Assembly (NCBI GenBank): GCA_047495785.1
Contig: JBLDXI010000009.1
Coordinates: 3,844,001 to 3,908,000 of the forward strand
Direction: 5' to 3'
DNA: 64,000 nt
Source of the DNA: Lepidodermella squamata
Lineage: Eukaryota > Animalia > Gastrotricha
The notes under the pieces were generated by a model that saw only the letters and a program-made list of their open reading frames with translations, searched no databases and was not told the DNA's origin. The first letter of the stretch is position 1. Every line of letters starts with the position of its first letter. This document shows, piece after piece, positions 1-11,273 of this stretch. The translations under genes were made by a program, and so were the position numbers.

Positions 1-1129
1 CTGTCCCAATGTATTAAATAGAAGCCCTCCGTTTCGATAGCTACTTTTTGCAGGAACCTGAGCTGTCGCTTGGAAAATAGGGCTACCATGAAAGGCACAA
101 CAGAAAAGGTCTGGATGTACTTGCACTCTTCAAGCACCCTCTTCTTATCTTCTTCGCTCAATTCCTCGAAATTGATGGGAACGATCGGGTCCTCAATATC
201 GACCTCCAGATGTTCTCGAATAATTTCAAGCAGCACGTCAATGAATGCGTCTTTATCTAGACGACCAGATAATCGTTTCAGCGACTTCGCTTTATGAATG
301 GTCTGCAAGTCAGGTACAGCAGTCTTGTTACCAGCCTGAAATATTTCCGACTCGCGCTGAATGCGCCTCTTCCTCGTCTCATCCATTGGTCCTTCAATAC
401 CAAAATTATTCAGCAAATTTTCATGATGCACCGTGACAGATTGGCCTCGCAACTTATCGAGCATTTCCGCCCTAGCGCTGCCTCTTAAAGGTCGAGCAAA
501 TTTTTCTGCTTCAGGATGGTTCTCTTTTGATTGAGAAACCAATTTGCCAACGTAAAAATCTTCAACCTTCGAACTTAAATCGACATCGAAGTCAAAGTTT
601 CTGCGGCAAGTCGGCGAATTGCAGTAAGCCTTTCCCTTCATGGTTTTACCATCTGTTGACTTGTTGCCGAAAGAAACACAAATAGCACATGTCAGTTCGC
701 CATTTTCATGAACTCGATCATAAAATAGCTTCGACCATCCTTTTTTCAGGCTTCTCGATTTGGGATCGACAATTCGGGCCTTATCCGCTTCCGTCAATTT
801 GAAATCGTAAACGAAAACTTCGGGTTCAGATACGCTACACGCAACTACGGGTAGTTCTTCGGGCCCGGAAAAATATTTGCCGTATTTGTCTTGATGATTT
901 TTGAAGCGTTGGTAAATTCTTGTTTTGGCTTCAAGGGAGTCATCATTAAACAATGCATTCGAGAGATCTGCATACGATTGATAACTCGGACCTAACGTAA
1001 ACATTACTGGTAAATAAATCATTTTCCTGTCCCGGGGAACACACCTGCACCTGGCGGAATCTTTTCATGCGTCAAAAAATAGTTTGAAATAATTCCGTCG
1101 TCGTAGATAAATTGAGTTTGACGGACCAT
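1..1129 (-). mobile_element. MULE/Mutator-like (NOF-FB type) transposase gene, 5' part; runs off the left edge
   Basis: ATG at 1129, exon 1129-1051 (or 1045), phase-1 intron, then a stop-free frame from 991 to base 1. Translation includes KAYCNSPTC, ARPLRGSARAEM and YIQTFSVVPFMVALFSKRQL...YLIHWD, resembling the region leading to the first catalytic Asp of NOF-type MULE transposases. Missing from the ORF track because no stop codon falls in the window. Confidence 0.7.
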
Positions 1130-3532
1130 TGAAACCTCAGCAAATAACGATTACACCAGGTATCCTAACACAGGGAGAAAATGCGTTATTTCATCTTTAT
1201 TTTCTTTCCTTCGAAAATTAATTTTCAGCAAGTGAAAAAACTACTACTCAGGAAAGGGAATATGTAGCACGAACGAACGTCGCTATTAGCCATATAGCGT
1301 AATATTTTATTGCAGATTTTTCGCTTGCAGTTTCCAGCGTCAATAAATCTCTTTGGAAGTGTACTTGAATAGATATGGCGAATAAAAGACGCCAGGGTAA
1401 TCAGCAGATGTAAGCGTCACGTCGGTATTATAACTTAGGTATAACCGAAGAACTTTTTTATATAAAACATTTCAAAACGATAACTTTTTGCAAATTTTTA
1501 CAGCAAATTATGTATCCTGGTTTCAGCAACATCGTTTCGCAAAAGAGAAGCTATTTAATTTCATAAAAAAAATTGTCAGCATTCGACAAAATTTGCAAGT
1601 TTAGTCTTGTATTTCTTCAGCACGATTGTGAGTCAGCAAATCCAATCGATGTCAGCATCCTCCATAGCTTCACTTCAAAGACACTTCTTACTGCCAAAAT
1701 TGCTGTAAATGATATCGAAATTCTGAACAGGTACATACAGTCTGGCTTGAACTTACCGGCTAGCAATCATTTCCATGTTCATACCTTGCCGTCATCTTGT
1801 AGATTGTAGATAGTAGACAGCGAAATTGAACTGGCTAATTTACTGAGACTGAGATACCCTACAAATCAAGCGCTAAATTTGAGCAGAGTAGTCAGGCGAA
1901 ACTCACCAACTGCCTCTTAGCGAAAAGTCGAGAACGCTATAGTTCCCTTTTGAGAGGTCAAAAGGCGCAGTAGGATAAAATGTGTCCTTTTAACTTTCAA
2001 CCAATCAGCAGCTCGAGCTACTTCAACTTCACTGCAGCTCGACAGAGGTTTTCAATTTGCTCGAACAAACTCCGAACCATTAAGACGATCTAAGACTTCA
2101 ATCCATACTGATGTACAACACGTTGCTTTATTTTCCAATCCGAACCCTTGACTCGAAAATCATCCCTCATGACACAGATTCTTCGGCGAAGAAACTAATT
2201 CTCCAAGCGTCCATGATTATGTCCGAGAAAGCGCCATTGATTAATTATTAAACAACATTCGAGAAGCCGACCCTAAGTAACAGCAAACGATGAAAATGCT
2301 ATCAATTTCTGATAATAGAAGTAATTCAAAAATAGGTTTATGGGACAGACCCAGAATTCAAAAAATTATCGTAGGCCCAAGCCTTTCATGAGATTGACAT
2401 CACGTTGTTTCGAGATTGTCTAAACATCGCAATCAAAGGTGCAGATTAGTTTTCCTGATCGGAAATCGGGTGCCTTGATCGGCCCTTGTAGGGAAAATTC
2501 GAAGCTTAAACTTTCATCTTAAAAAAGCAACAAAGTTCGAATGGTCAAGGCTGATCAGCAGGGTCATACGTAATAGAAAGCTAATTGTTTTGACTCATTT
2601 CTCTACATAACACAGCTTAACTTGTCAGCGCAGCTTACTCCACATGATAGTAAGCTCAACCTGATCAGCTGGTCTGATTTCAACTGTAGCAAGCTGAGCT
2701 AAAAGCTAACAATAGAGCGAATACACCGTGCGTACGAATTGCACGATCACGATCACGATCACGAATTAACCATTTCCCCTCGCCCGGACGGTCTCAACTT
2801 TCGCCATAAGGCAAGGCTAGTGAGATGACGCTCTATCTTGTTGCAACGCGCACGTGTAACAGGCCCCGCGCGAGCGTAATACATAATTAAATATAAATAT
2901 AAAAAAACATTCATCATCTACATGACGGCGAAATTTACATTATTATGATGTACTGCAAATTTTATTACCTTTCACTTCTCGAGGATAAATGAAAAATCAT
3001 TCTCCGGTAGCTGTCAGACAACGATGGGCCACCTGTAAAACGTGCATCTTTGCTCGAAAAAGGCCACCCAAGTGATGCTGATGAAAAAATGAAAAGCGCC
3101 ATCGTAATCAGCGTCATTTGTTACGTTACATAACAAATTCTCACGTTTGTTATGTGCTGCTGTCAGATATAACAAATGGGGTCCCAAATCGATGCACCCT
3201 TTTTACATTGTAAAACCTGAACTTAGCAGCAAAAGTTGGCAGCACGCCAACGGAAGGTGATGCAAATGTAATTTTTGTTTCTATCAACTAGTATTGGTCC
3301 ATAACAATCCATAACAAATGATGAGACTTCCAGGACAAGTGGAAGTTAGTGCTGATGAAAACACGCTGCCAGGTTCAAAGCGGTCGTGAAACGCAAGCGC
3401 CGAGCCGTTTTTCCGACGCTTTTTGCTTCTGGGAATTGTGATGTGGACTCGTTCAAAAATTTTGGCCGGGAGAGACAACTAAGTATGTTATTCAGAAAAT
3501 GGAGAATTGAGCTGGTAATCGACACAGTAGAT

Positions 3533-4026
3533 CAGTATGGTCCACGGTCTGAAAATCGCGAGTCACAAGCCAGAGTCAAAAATAGGCCAAAGAGTCAAAC
3601 CCATTAAAATGCCGAAAAACCAGTGAATATCACGTGTATAAATCACTTCAGTCGCTCTCTATTTTCACCAGTCGCTGCGACTTTTCGCGGGATTCGACTG
3701 GTTTTTCAACAAAATTCGATGTTTTTGCGCCTTTGCAACTTCAAAATAGCCACCTGCAATCGAAGCCAGTTTTAGCTAACGATCATATTTCTTCGTTTTT
3801 ATTGACCAGGAATATATTAGGGCGAGTGTAAATAAGTAGTGTGGAGTCAAAGACAGTTCCATTTGGAGTCAAATTCAGACCCGGAGCAGTCAGTTTCGAG
3901 TGATTGTCTGACTCGTTTCGGAGTCAAAAATATTTAGTATTATTATTAATAAATCGGAGTCAGTCATGAGTCAAAAAGTCTCAAAAGAGTCCAAATGACT
4001 CCGGAGTCAGCCCGTGGACCACACTG
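3533..4026. mobile_element. Non-autonomous hAT element (494 bp)
   Basis: TIRs CAGTATGGTCCACGG (3533-3547) and CCGTGGACCACACTG (4012-4026), 1 mismatch. Perfect 8-bp TSD CAGTAGAT at 3525-3532 and 4027-4034. Many subterminal GAGTCA/GAGTC motifs. Confidence 0.92.
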
Positions 4027-5025
4027 CAGTAGATCACGGTCAGAGATATTTGTAGCTCTCAGAAAAAAACGAACTTTCGACCCGACATATTCATCGAGCG
4101 CTACCTGATAATTGGCGTATTTAGCATGCGGATTTCACGAATGGTCTCTACGTATTACTAGATAGGTTCATGAAAATTAAACAAATTCAAGCCGATATGA
4201 TTGAACGCACCCTGGATCGGAGATCCGATGGTGAACCAATGTTTTGTTTGAATACCAAGCTTCAAATATTTAGAGGGCGAAAAAATAATTCATATTACAT
4301 GAAATTAATGATGTTAATTGAACGGCAACCATGACTAGGCTGTTTCTTGGAAAGACTCCTGCCTTTCCTCGCTGCCTTTCCTGCCTTGGTGTTCAAACAA
4401 TAATGCAGTGGCTGCGAGAAATCAGATCGGCAAGCATGAATCGTTATGCTATATTCCAGCAAAGGTATGATCCAGCTGAGAGCAATTCTGATATTTTGTT
4501 ATAACGGCAATGCGCGCTGAAATGCATCCCACACGCAGCCATAATAATATGAGAATTGTAAATCATCTGCCTTATTTTATGATGAACGATGATCAAGATT
4601 GGCAACTCGTAGCGTTCGCTTCTCTCAACTCTCAGTGTAGGAGGTGTGGTTAAATGTTCCTCAAAAACAGTAGAAACTGGCTGAAATATACCATCGTCTC
4701 GACGTTAGGGTTGTATCAATAATAAATGCAAGTTGAGCATAAATCGCTGTCTTATTTTTATTAAACGACACTATCGACCTACTGCGATACAGGAAATAAA
4801 AACAAACATTAGGCCTGTCACAAATATTTGTGCAACAACAATGCGTTCGCAAATTCCAATTATTTGGACCGATTTTAGAGCAATGATCAAGTTGAATTAT
4901 TCAAGCTAATCAATCCATTGAAGATATTCGACAATAAAGCAGTAGGTAGAAAATGCAACAGAGGTAGAGTTATAAAAATTAGCTAGATTGAATAGTCTGT
5001 TTGAGTGTTTCGGAAAGCGCTATTA

Positions 5026-5426
5026 TTACAACTCGGGACGTTCAGCCGGAGGCCAAGCTACTTTGCTGTAGTCGCGAGGTGACCAGAATTTGTACTGCCT
5101 GTTTGGAGCGAGTGCCTGCCATGGCTGTTCGCCGTGCTTGTGGCGCAAGCTGAAAAAAACCGATTGAAATTACCGGAAAATTATCAAACGAAATTGAACT
5201 TACATCACATCTGGGCTCTTCATTCCAAAGCGGACAAGATAGCCAGCGGACAGAGCAACGCCAAAAGCCGAGCATAAGCACAGGCCTCCCATCTGTGTTC
5301 AAAAATTGTATTGAGATTTCAGCAAATTTAGAAATATTGCCGATGAAAAATCCTTACCGTGAATGAGTGCATATTGCGCCGGACGGCGGAGCGCTGGAGT
5401 GAGGCGGGCAGCCACGATGCGAACAT
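5026..5426 (-). CDS. NDUFA4: NDUFA4/COXFA4-family cytochrome c oxidase subunit, divergent paralogue b (93 aa, 3 exons)
   Basis: join(5426-5358, 5292-5204, 5149-5026) with canonical GTAAG/CAG sites gives MFASWLPASLQRSAVRRNMHSFTMGGLCLCSAFGVALSAGYLVRFGMKSPDVILRHKHGEQPWQALAPNRQYKFWSPRDYSKVAWPPAERPEL. Carries the family motifs YLxR..PDV, PW, QYKF, DYSK, ERP. Confidence 0.9.
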
Positions 5427-5477
5427 TTCGAACCAAGTTAGAGCAGAAGTTTCCAAAATATCCAAATCTACATTTAA

Positions 5478-6337
5478 CCCTCTAAGTCCGGCGGGTGTAT
5501 GTGTAAGTCGCTTGGTGTTTTGGAAAGTTGCAAAAAAATGACAAAAATGTGTGTTACTATTGTAACTTTTAAAATTGCTTGTGTTAACACAAGTCTTAAA
5601 ATATTTTCAACAATTTTTTTCATTTTGACCAAAAATGCCATTTTTACATGTCGAAACACAAGTGATTCGATAGATTGCCGAATTTTTGGCTTGTCGAAAC
5701 ACAAGTGATCCATGAAGGTGATTGACAAAACTTTGATTTATCGATCAGGGTTAGTTGATAAATCAGTGGAACCTTGATAAACCGGCTGGTATTACAGTTA
5801 CTCACCCTAACTACGACCTATTGGCCCATGAAAATCTATATCGAATCGATGGCAATCGAATTTATCGGAATTGGGCCGACAAAATCACTTGATAACTTCT
5901 TTATCAAATGAAAAGTGGCTGTCACAAGGGTGCGTAAGCACCAGATGTTGCTGACAACACATTTATAAGCAGAGCTGCGCAACTAAATTTGGGGCCTTAA
6001 AAACAGTGATTAAATGGATCGCATGTGTTTCCGCATGTAAATTGGTTTCCAAAACACGTTCGTGTGTTCGAATGGCAATCAGAGCGACAAAAAAATGCCC
6101 CACATCGTGTGTGCACACATAATGGTACGTGTGTTTCGACGAGTTTAAGAGGCGAGGGACATTCACCTAATTACTGTGTTGCGTAATCGCACGTTGTGGA
6201 CGCGCCCGCCTGGGTGCTGAAAGCTCAGGTAAGGGGCTCAACCGTGGTATAAAAATTTTTAGCCGAAAATTAATAAGCAATCCACACCTACGCCGAGAAG
6301 TTGCAATTGACGAAAACCCATAGTCGGACTTAGAGGG
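5478..6337. mobile_element. piggyBac-type non-autonomous element (860 bp) in the 5' leader of NDUFA4-b
   Basis: Perfect 13-bp TIRs CCCTCTAAGTCCG (5478-5490) and CGGACTTAGAGGG (6325-6337), flanked by TTAA at 5474-5477 and 6338-6341. Confidence 0.9.
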
Positions 6338-6355
6338 TTAAAGCAAAGCGAAATC

Positions 6356-7023
6356 GAATGAGCGAAATGCGCGCATTACGGCGCTATATATAGGGGCTGA
6401 GTGTCCGAAATTAGGCCTGCGCTATACACTAAACAACAACAAACGCGGCCCGGCCGTCTTCACACTATTAAAGGCAACACGTGAACAGCACGCGCATTCT
6501 GGCTATTGCGCGGCTGCAGTGGCCGAAACTAGTTTATGGCTGTTTGCAGTATGGAGGAAGAGACATTCACGTGGTAAATGCGCGTCCTACTTTGGGACAA
6601 ATTTAGCCGCGGCCAAAATATTGCGCAACGAGATTTGCGTGCGCGTGTCGCAAAGTGGGCGAAACTGGAGCAAGATGTCATTCCACTAAAACGTTGAGCT
6701 GAATAAATTTATGAAAATTGCCAATATTTTTGCCAGATTCGCCTTCCGGCCTCACGTTGACTGGTAAATATAAGTATGGCGGAATATTGTTGCAGCGCCG
6801 TAACAGCCGTAACTGTTGAGCGATATTGTAGCTGATAAACCATATACGCTGGTTATCTAAATTTGCGGCATATCAGTCTTTGACCGGAACTTGAAGCGCC
6901 CTGTGGCAGCGGTTATCCAAACAGCCATGTAACTAGCAGCTCATGTTACTATTTGCATTGAATCTGCGAGGTACACGTTGCAGTCATGTTGGAGTGACTA
7001 AATCGATGGTAACATTAGGCGTG
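6356..7023 (-). promoter_or_regulatory. Putative NDUFA4-b promoter: TATA box, Inr and RCGTG/E-box cluster
   Basis: Minus strand TATATATAG (6392-6384) lies 31-33 nt upstream of a TCATTC initiator (A at 6359). Eight RCGTG sites at 6478 (CACGTG), 6489, 6568 (CACGTG), 6637, 6643, 6753, 6974 and 7019. Confidence 0.6.
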
Positions 7024-7192
7024 CAGTAGCTGCTCATTGCTATAAAGAATTCGCTTCCGCTGACGATATCCTCTTTGTCGCTAAGAGCTTACAAAATATT
7101 TCAGAATTTTTGGGTAAACATCACCCGACGCGATATCGAACGATGAAACTGCAATTTTGATCGAACACGAGCCTCGAGTTAGACCTTAAATA

Positions 7193-7415
7193 CTGTATAT
7201 CTACTAAATTTCGGTGGTCATTAATTTTCGGTTTGATCTTTGAATTCGGTGTTTTTGCGAAAATACCAAAATTAAAAACACCATTAAAATAACTATGTTT
7301 TTTCCTCAGCAGCCCACCTAAAACCGAATTCATATCCACCAAAAATAAGTTTACAGGCCCGAAATAATCTCCAAAACTGAAAATTAATGACCACCGAAAA
7401 TTAGTAGATATACAT
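7193..7415. mobile_element. Tc1/mariner/pogo-type MITE (223 bp)
   Basis: About 42-bp TIRs, CTGTATATCTACTAAATTTCGGTGGTCATTAATTTTCGGTTT versus its inverse with 3 mismatches, flanked by TA on both sides. Confidence 0.85.
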
Positions 7416-8966
7416 TAGGTAGCTATAATTGGCACCACGCCAACAAATTTCGAATTCAGCGCTTTTTTCTGCGTGGAAAAATTGCGCTGTAGGATAATGT
7501 TGAAAAGTTTAGAAATTAAATACCTATATGCTATCTTTATAATTCAAATGTGGCTTCTATCGGCTCTAGGAATTTGGGAAAGGAGCTACAAAATTTGCAA
7601 CTCAATTGGTTATCATGTCAATCTTTTAGCTGTTTAAGGAGCAGTAATATGGGCTAGTAATATGGGAGGCCCCTGAGCTTTCTCCAAATGGCGATCCTCA
7701 TTTCTCAATTTGAGCAATTTCCCAACATTTGTAGAACAGCATTTTCGAATACCCTTCTTCGTTTCATTATTTCTATGTCGGACGTTCGAAATTCTAAAAG
7801 ATATTTCCAAGGTGGCGTCTAAATTTATTGAGTTTCCTAATTCCTCAATTTTCCTAATAAGATCTTTCAAAAGCTAGGTAATATAAATAATATCTTCTTT
7901 TCATTTTTGGAAATTTTCGGCAATTTAATTTGAGCCGATTCTTAGAGCGATGCGAGGATTTTTTGGAGCAGTAAATTCGCACTACATTCCTTGCCGAAAC
8001 CAAAATTGACTGCGGCTCAATCTTAAACCACAGTTTTCGATTCCTTGAATAATTTAATATTACTAATTTATTGAATGGCCATTTACAGATGATAGTTTAT
8101 GAATGCATTCCGGTGACTGTCTGCCTCTGGACTACAGCCCTCCAAGTCCATGTATCAATACGGCCCTCTAGTAACCCTTGATTTTGGGAACTATTACCCT
8201 GGAATTAAAAAGTTAGGGGCGTGACAGGTCACGAGAATCGCCGCACGGAAGTCGGAATAAACACCAGATCCCTCAATTTTGATGCGATTTCGGGCGTTTT
8301 TCAAAGCTTGCCTCACTCGCAGCTATACTTATTAGTAGCTTTGATGCGACCAGCCCGACTTGTGAAATCGAAAATTACCCGTTTTTTTGCTTTCCTCTCC
8401 AGATTCAAACTCTTCAATTCGTCTGTTTCCATCTCTATCAAGAATCAAGACTGCGGTAAATTTAAAACCAGACTAATAGAAACCTTTTTTCCATAAAATT
8501 GACAATCTTTTGTCTCTTCTGCTCTTACACCGGTCGAACGCGAAAAATCCAGACACCAGACACATGACACATTTCATTACTCATGTTTGCAAAAAGACAG
8601 AAAAGTTGTACAGAAACCTTGTCTGCGTTTATTCACCTTTTTATCCATAATTATCAAGAGGCGGTGGCAAATATATTTATATAGCTCAGACGCTCATCTT
8701 TTAAAGCCGTCTTCAGAAGCCGCGTCATCGCTTCAGACTTCGAAAACCAACTAAAAGAGCGAAGAAAAACATATTTCGGTTCGGGACAAGCCGCTATAAA
8801 CGGTCACTAGAGTCGGTCAGGTAACAACGTGCTCTCGCTTTAAACCAGCATGTAAATCACAAGTAAGTACTATGATGTTATAGCAATCGTTATTTTACTA
8901 TATAAGATGATGATGACGAAAAGAGGGAAGTCCTTTTTTAGGCAGTGATGGTCCAATCGCGCGGAC

Positions 8967-9626
8967 TCATAGTAGCGTGCTCTTCGGGATGCGCTCGGTC
9001 GGAAAAGCTGGCACATTATTGGGATTGGGCGGTAGACCAGGTGAAAGTTCGGGAGCCTTGGGCGGGACGTAAGAGTCGACTGGTTTGGGGCGATTGGTTT
9101 CAACAACCCTTTTTTGCAGGTAATATCCGACCTAAAATGAAGACACCATGTAAAATTATGAAAAGCTTATAAAATCAACCTCAGAAATCATGTTTTCAAA
9201 TGTAGCGAGTTACTAATCGAATATCAAATCTTGGAGACTTACTGGAGGCCTAGGAAGATCCATTTTCTCTTCCATGCATGAGTTGAAAGCAGTTTGTTCC
9301 TTCCGACACGGATAGTTGCCAAAATAACGGCTACCGTGGTCGATGCACCGCGTGTAAGCGCTGAACTCAACGGCGCACTTTTGCTTGACCATGCCGTAGA
9401 ATTCGATGGCACATTCCGAAACTTTCTGACCGTAAGGCAGGCAGCGGCGAGGATCGTGCAACTCGCGTTTGCACAGCATATAATCGAGACACTGAGGCTC
9501 GCAGTACTTGCCAAAATGAGCAGCTCCGGCCATCAACGGCGCCGATGTGAGCTTTAAATCGAGTTTCCCATTCGTTGGATCGATTTCTTTCGGCGACGGC
9601 AGCCAATCTGCGTCCGTAAACGGCAT
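8967..9626 (-). CDS. NDUFA8: NADH dehydrogenase 1 alpha subcomplex subunit 8 (182 aa, 2 exons)
   Basis: join(9626-9243, 9131-8967). Four Cx9C-type pairs after LxLTSAPLMAGAAHFGKYC. Exon 2 (VGYYLQKRVVETNRPKP...) matches the NDUFA8 C-terminal region. Confidence 0.95.
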
Positions 9627-9919
9627 CTCTCTTAATTAAGGTGTCCTAAAATAAACAACACGATTTTTTCCATAAAATGTATTTATTTTTGAGGCCTTAG
9701 GCTTAATTATCTGCGATAATACCGGCTTGGTAGTAACTGCAACTACAGGTAGGTCAAGTTTGGTTCCAGAAAATGGAGTTAAACCGTCTTAGGAGTGAGT
9801 AAATCACTTATTCTCGTCTGATCGATTGGCGTCATCAAAAATTATTCGGTTTCAACAAATTAGTTTAACCCTGCAAAATGATGTTATGAACCAGCGGTTC
9901 AGTCAACTTGATTTTTTAT

Positions 9920-10297
9920 TTAGACTTGAGGGCGCTCAGCAGGCCAGGTAAGCTTAGAGTAATCGCGAGGCGACCAGAACTTGTATTGCCTGTTCGGGCC
10001 ATATTCGTGCCATGGCTCACCGCCGCGCTTGGCCCTGAAATATGAGAAAATGATACCATATAAAAAATAAATGATACGTTTTCTCCGAATATCTTACACG
10101 ACGTCGGGGCTCTTAGTGGCAAAGCGGAAAATGTAAGCTCCGCAAAGAACACCTCCAGCGCCAACGATGGCGAACAGTGGGAGGATCTGAAGTTCAAAGC
10201 TTTTGTGAATAGTATTCAAATTGGTAATTTAATTGCTTACGGCGACGTGCTTCTTGAGAGAGGCGAGGCGCAATGATTCCGGAAGTCCCAGCGTCAT
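9920..10297 (-). CDS. NDUFA4: NDUFA4/COXFA4 cytochrome c oxidase subunit, canonical paralogue a (86 aa, 3 exons)
   Basis: join(10297-10241, 10186-10098, 10034-9920) gives MTLGLPESLRLASLKKHVAILPLFAIVGAGGVLCGAYIFRFATKSPDVVAKRGGEPWHEYGPNRQYKFWSPRDYSKLTWPAERPQV. KKHxxxxPLF, PDV, EPW, QYKF motifs. Same intron phases and same 89-nt middle exon as paralogue b. Confidence 0.95.
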
Positions 10298-11273
10298 TTT
10301 ATAAAATTTACAAGTATACTAGAAACAAGAAATTATTGCAAATGAAAATAATGTCCACAGAATAACGGATCCAATATCAACCGCTGTATCGTCAAATAAA
10401 CTATAAGCTGAGATCTGAATAATAATAATAATTTAGCGATGTGAAATGTGAATTAACAGATTAAATGCTATTAATAACTTATGTGCCACGCCAAAGATCA
10501 GCGGAATTAAAACATGTCGTTATTGCTTATTGCTCATAAAAGTGCTGGGGTATGCATGAAACCCAGGAGTCATCTCGTATCGCCGTCGCTGTTCGCAGTT
10601 CATGATGATTGGTAGCTCAGCTGGACTTGATCAGTTCAGAATAGCGAATCCAAGAAATCTAACTTAACAGTAATTTTAAGATACCCGCGGACCGATATGA
10701 TCCCCAAAGATGACGAATATCAACCGTTTTCAAAGATGATGGCAGGATCGGCCTCGTCTCAAAAAGTGTCAAGTGCCAGATTAATGCAAAATTTTAGCGT
10801 GGAACCGCGATAGATGTACAGTGCCAAGGGTGTAGTTCACTGTGCCTTCATGAAATCCATAACACCCGCGGGGCACTTGCATTTTTTGGAGCCCAGTGAA
10901 AAATAAAAATTTGTTCCTTTTATAATATGACCGAATTTATCTAACTCGAACTGAAAATTTAAATTGCCTGATTTTCCTTACCAAGACACCGTCACGTTTT
11001 CAAAAATAATAAAAAAACGTCCTTCATCTGCGACCGCGCACCCACACTTCAGGCCACCCACCTCGAGTTGAACGAAGGCTCTTCAACGCAAAAAATGCTG
11101 CAAAAACTATGGCATGGAATTCAGGCCGTTTACCTGTGTCCCTGATAGGCTAATTTCTTGATATTTGTGTGGATTTTAGAGAATATTACGATTTTTAGTT
11201 CCATTTTTTCAATGACATCTTTTACTTTTTGGGACATTTCTTAGATAACTTTTGAAGTTATATCATCCTGGAG

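Noticed and set aside
4800-5025. Possible miR-147b-like hairpin in the NDUFA4-b 3' UTR, by analogy to C15orf48
   Set aside because: No miR-147 or miR-210-like sequence or convincing long hairpin was seen by eye. A folding run and small-RNA data would be needed.
9916-10197. ORF-track peptides at 9916-10197 and 5042-5302
   Set aside because: They are wrong-frame read-throughs of introns. The real products are the spliced NDUFA4 paralogues.
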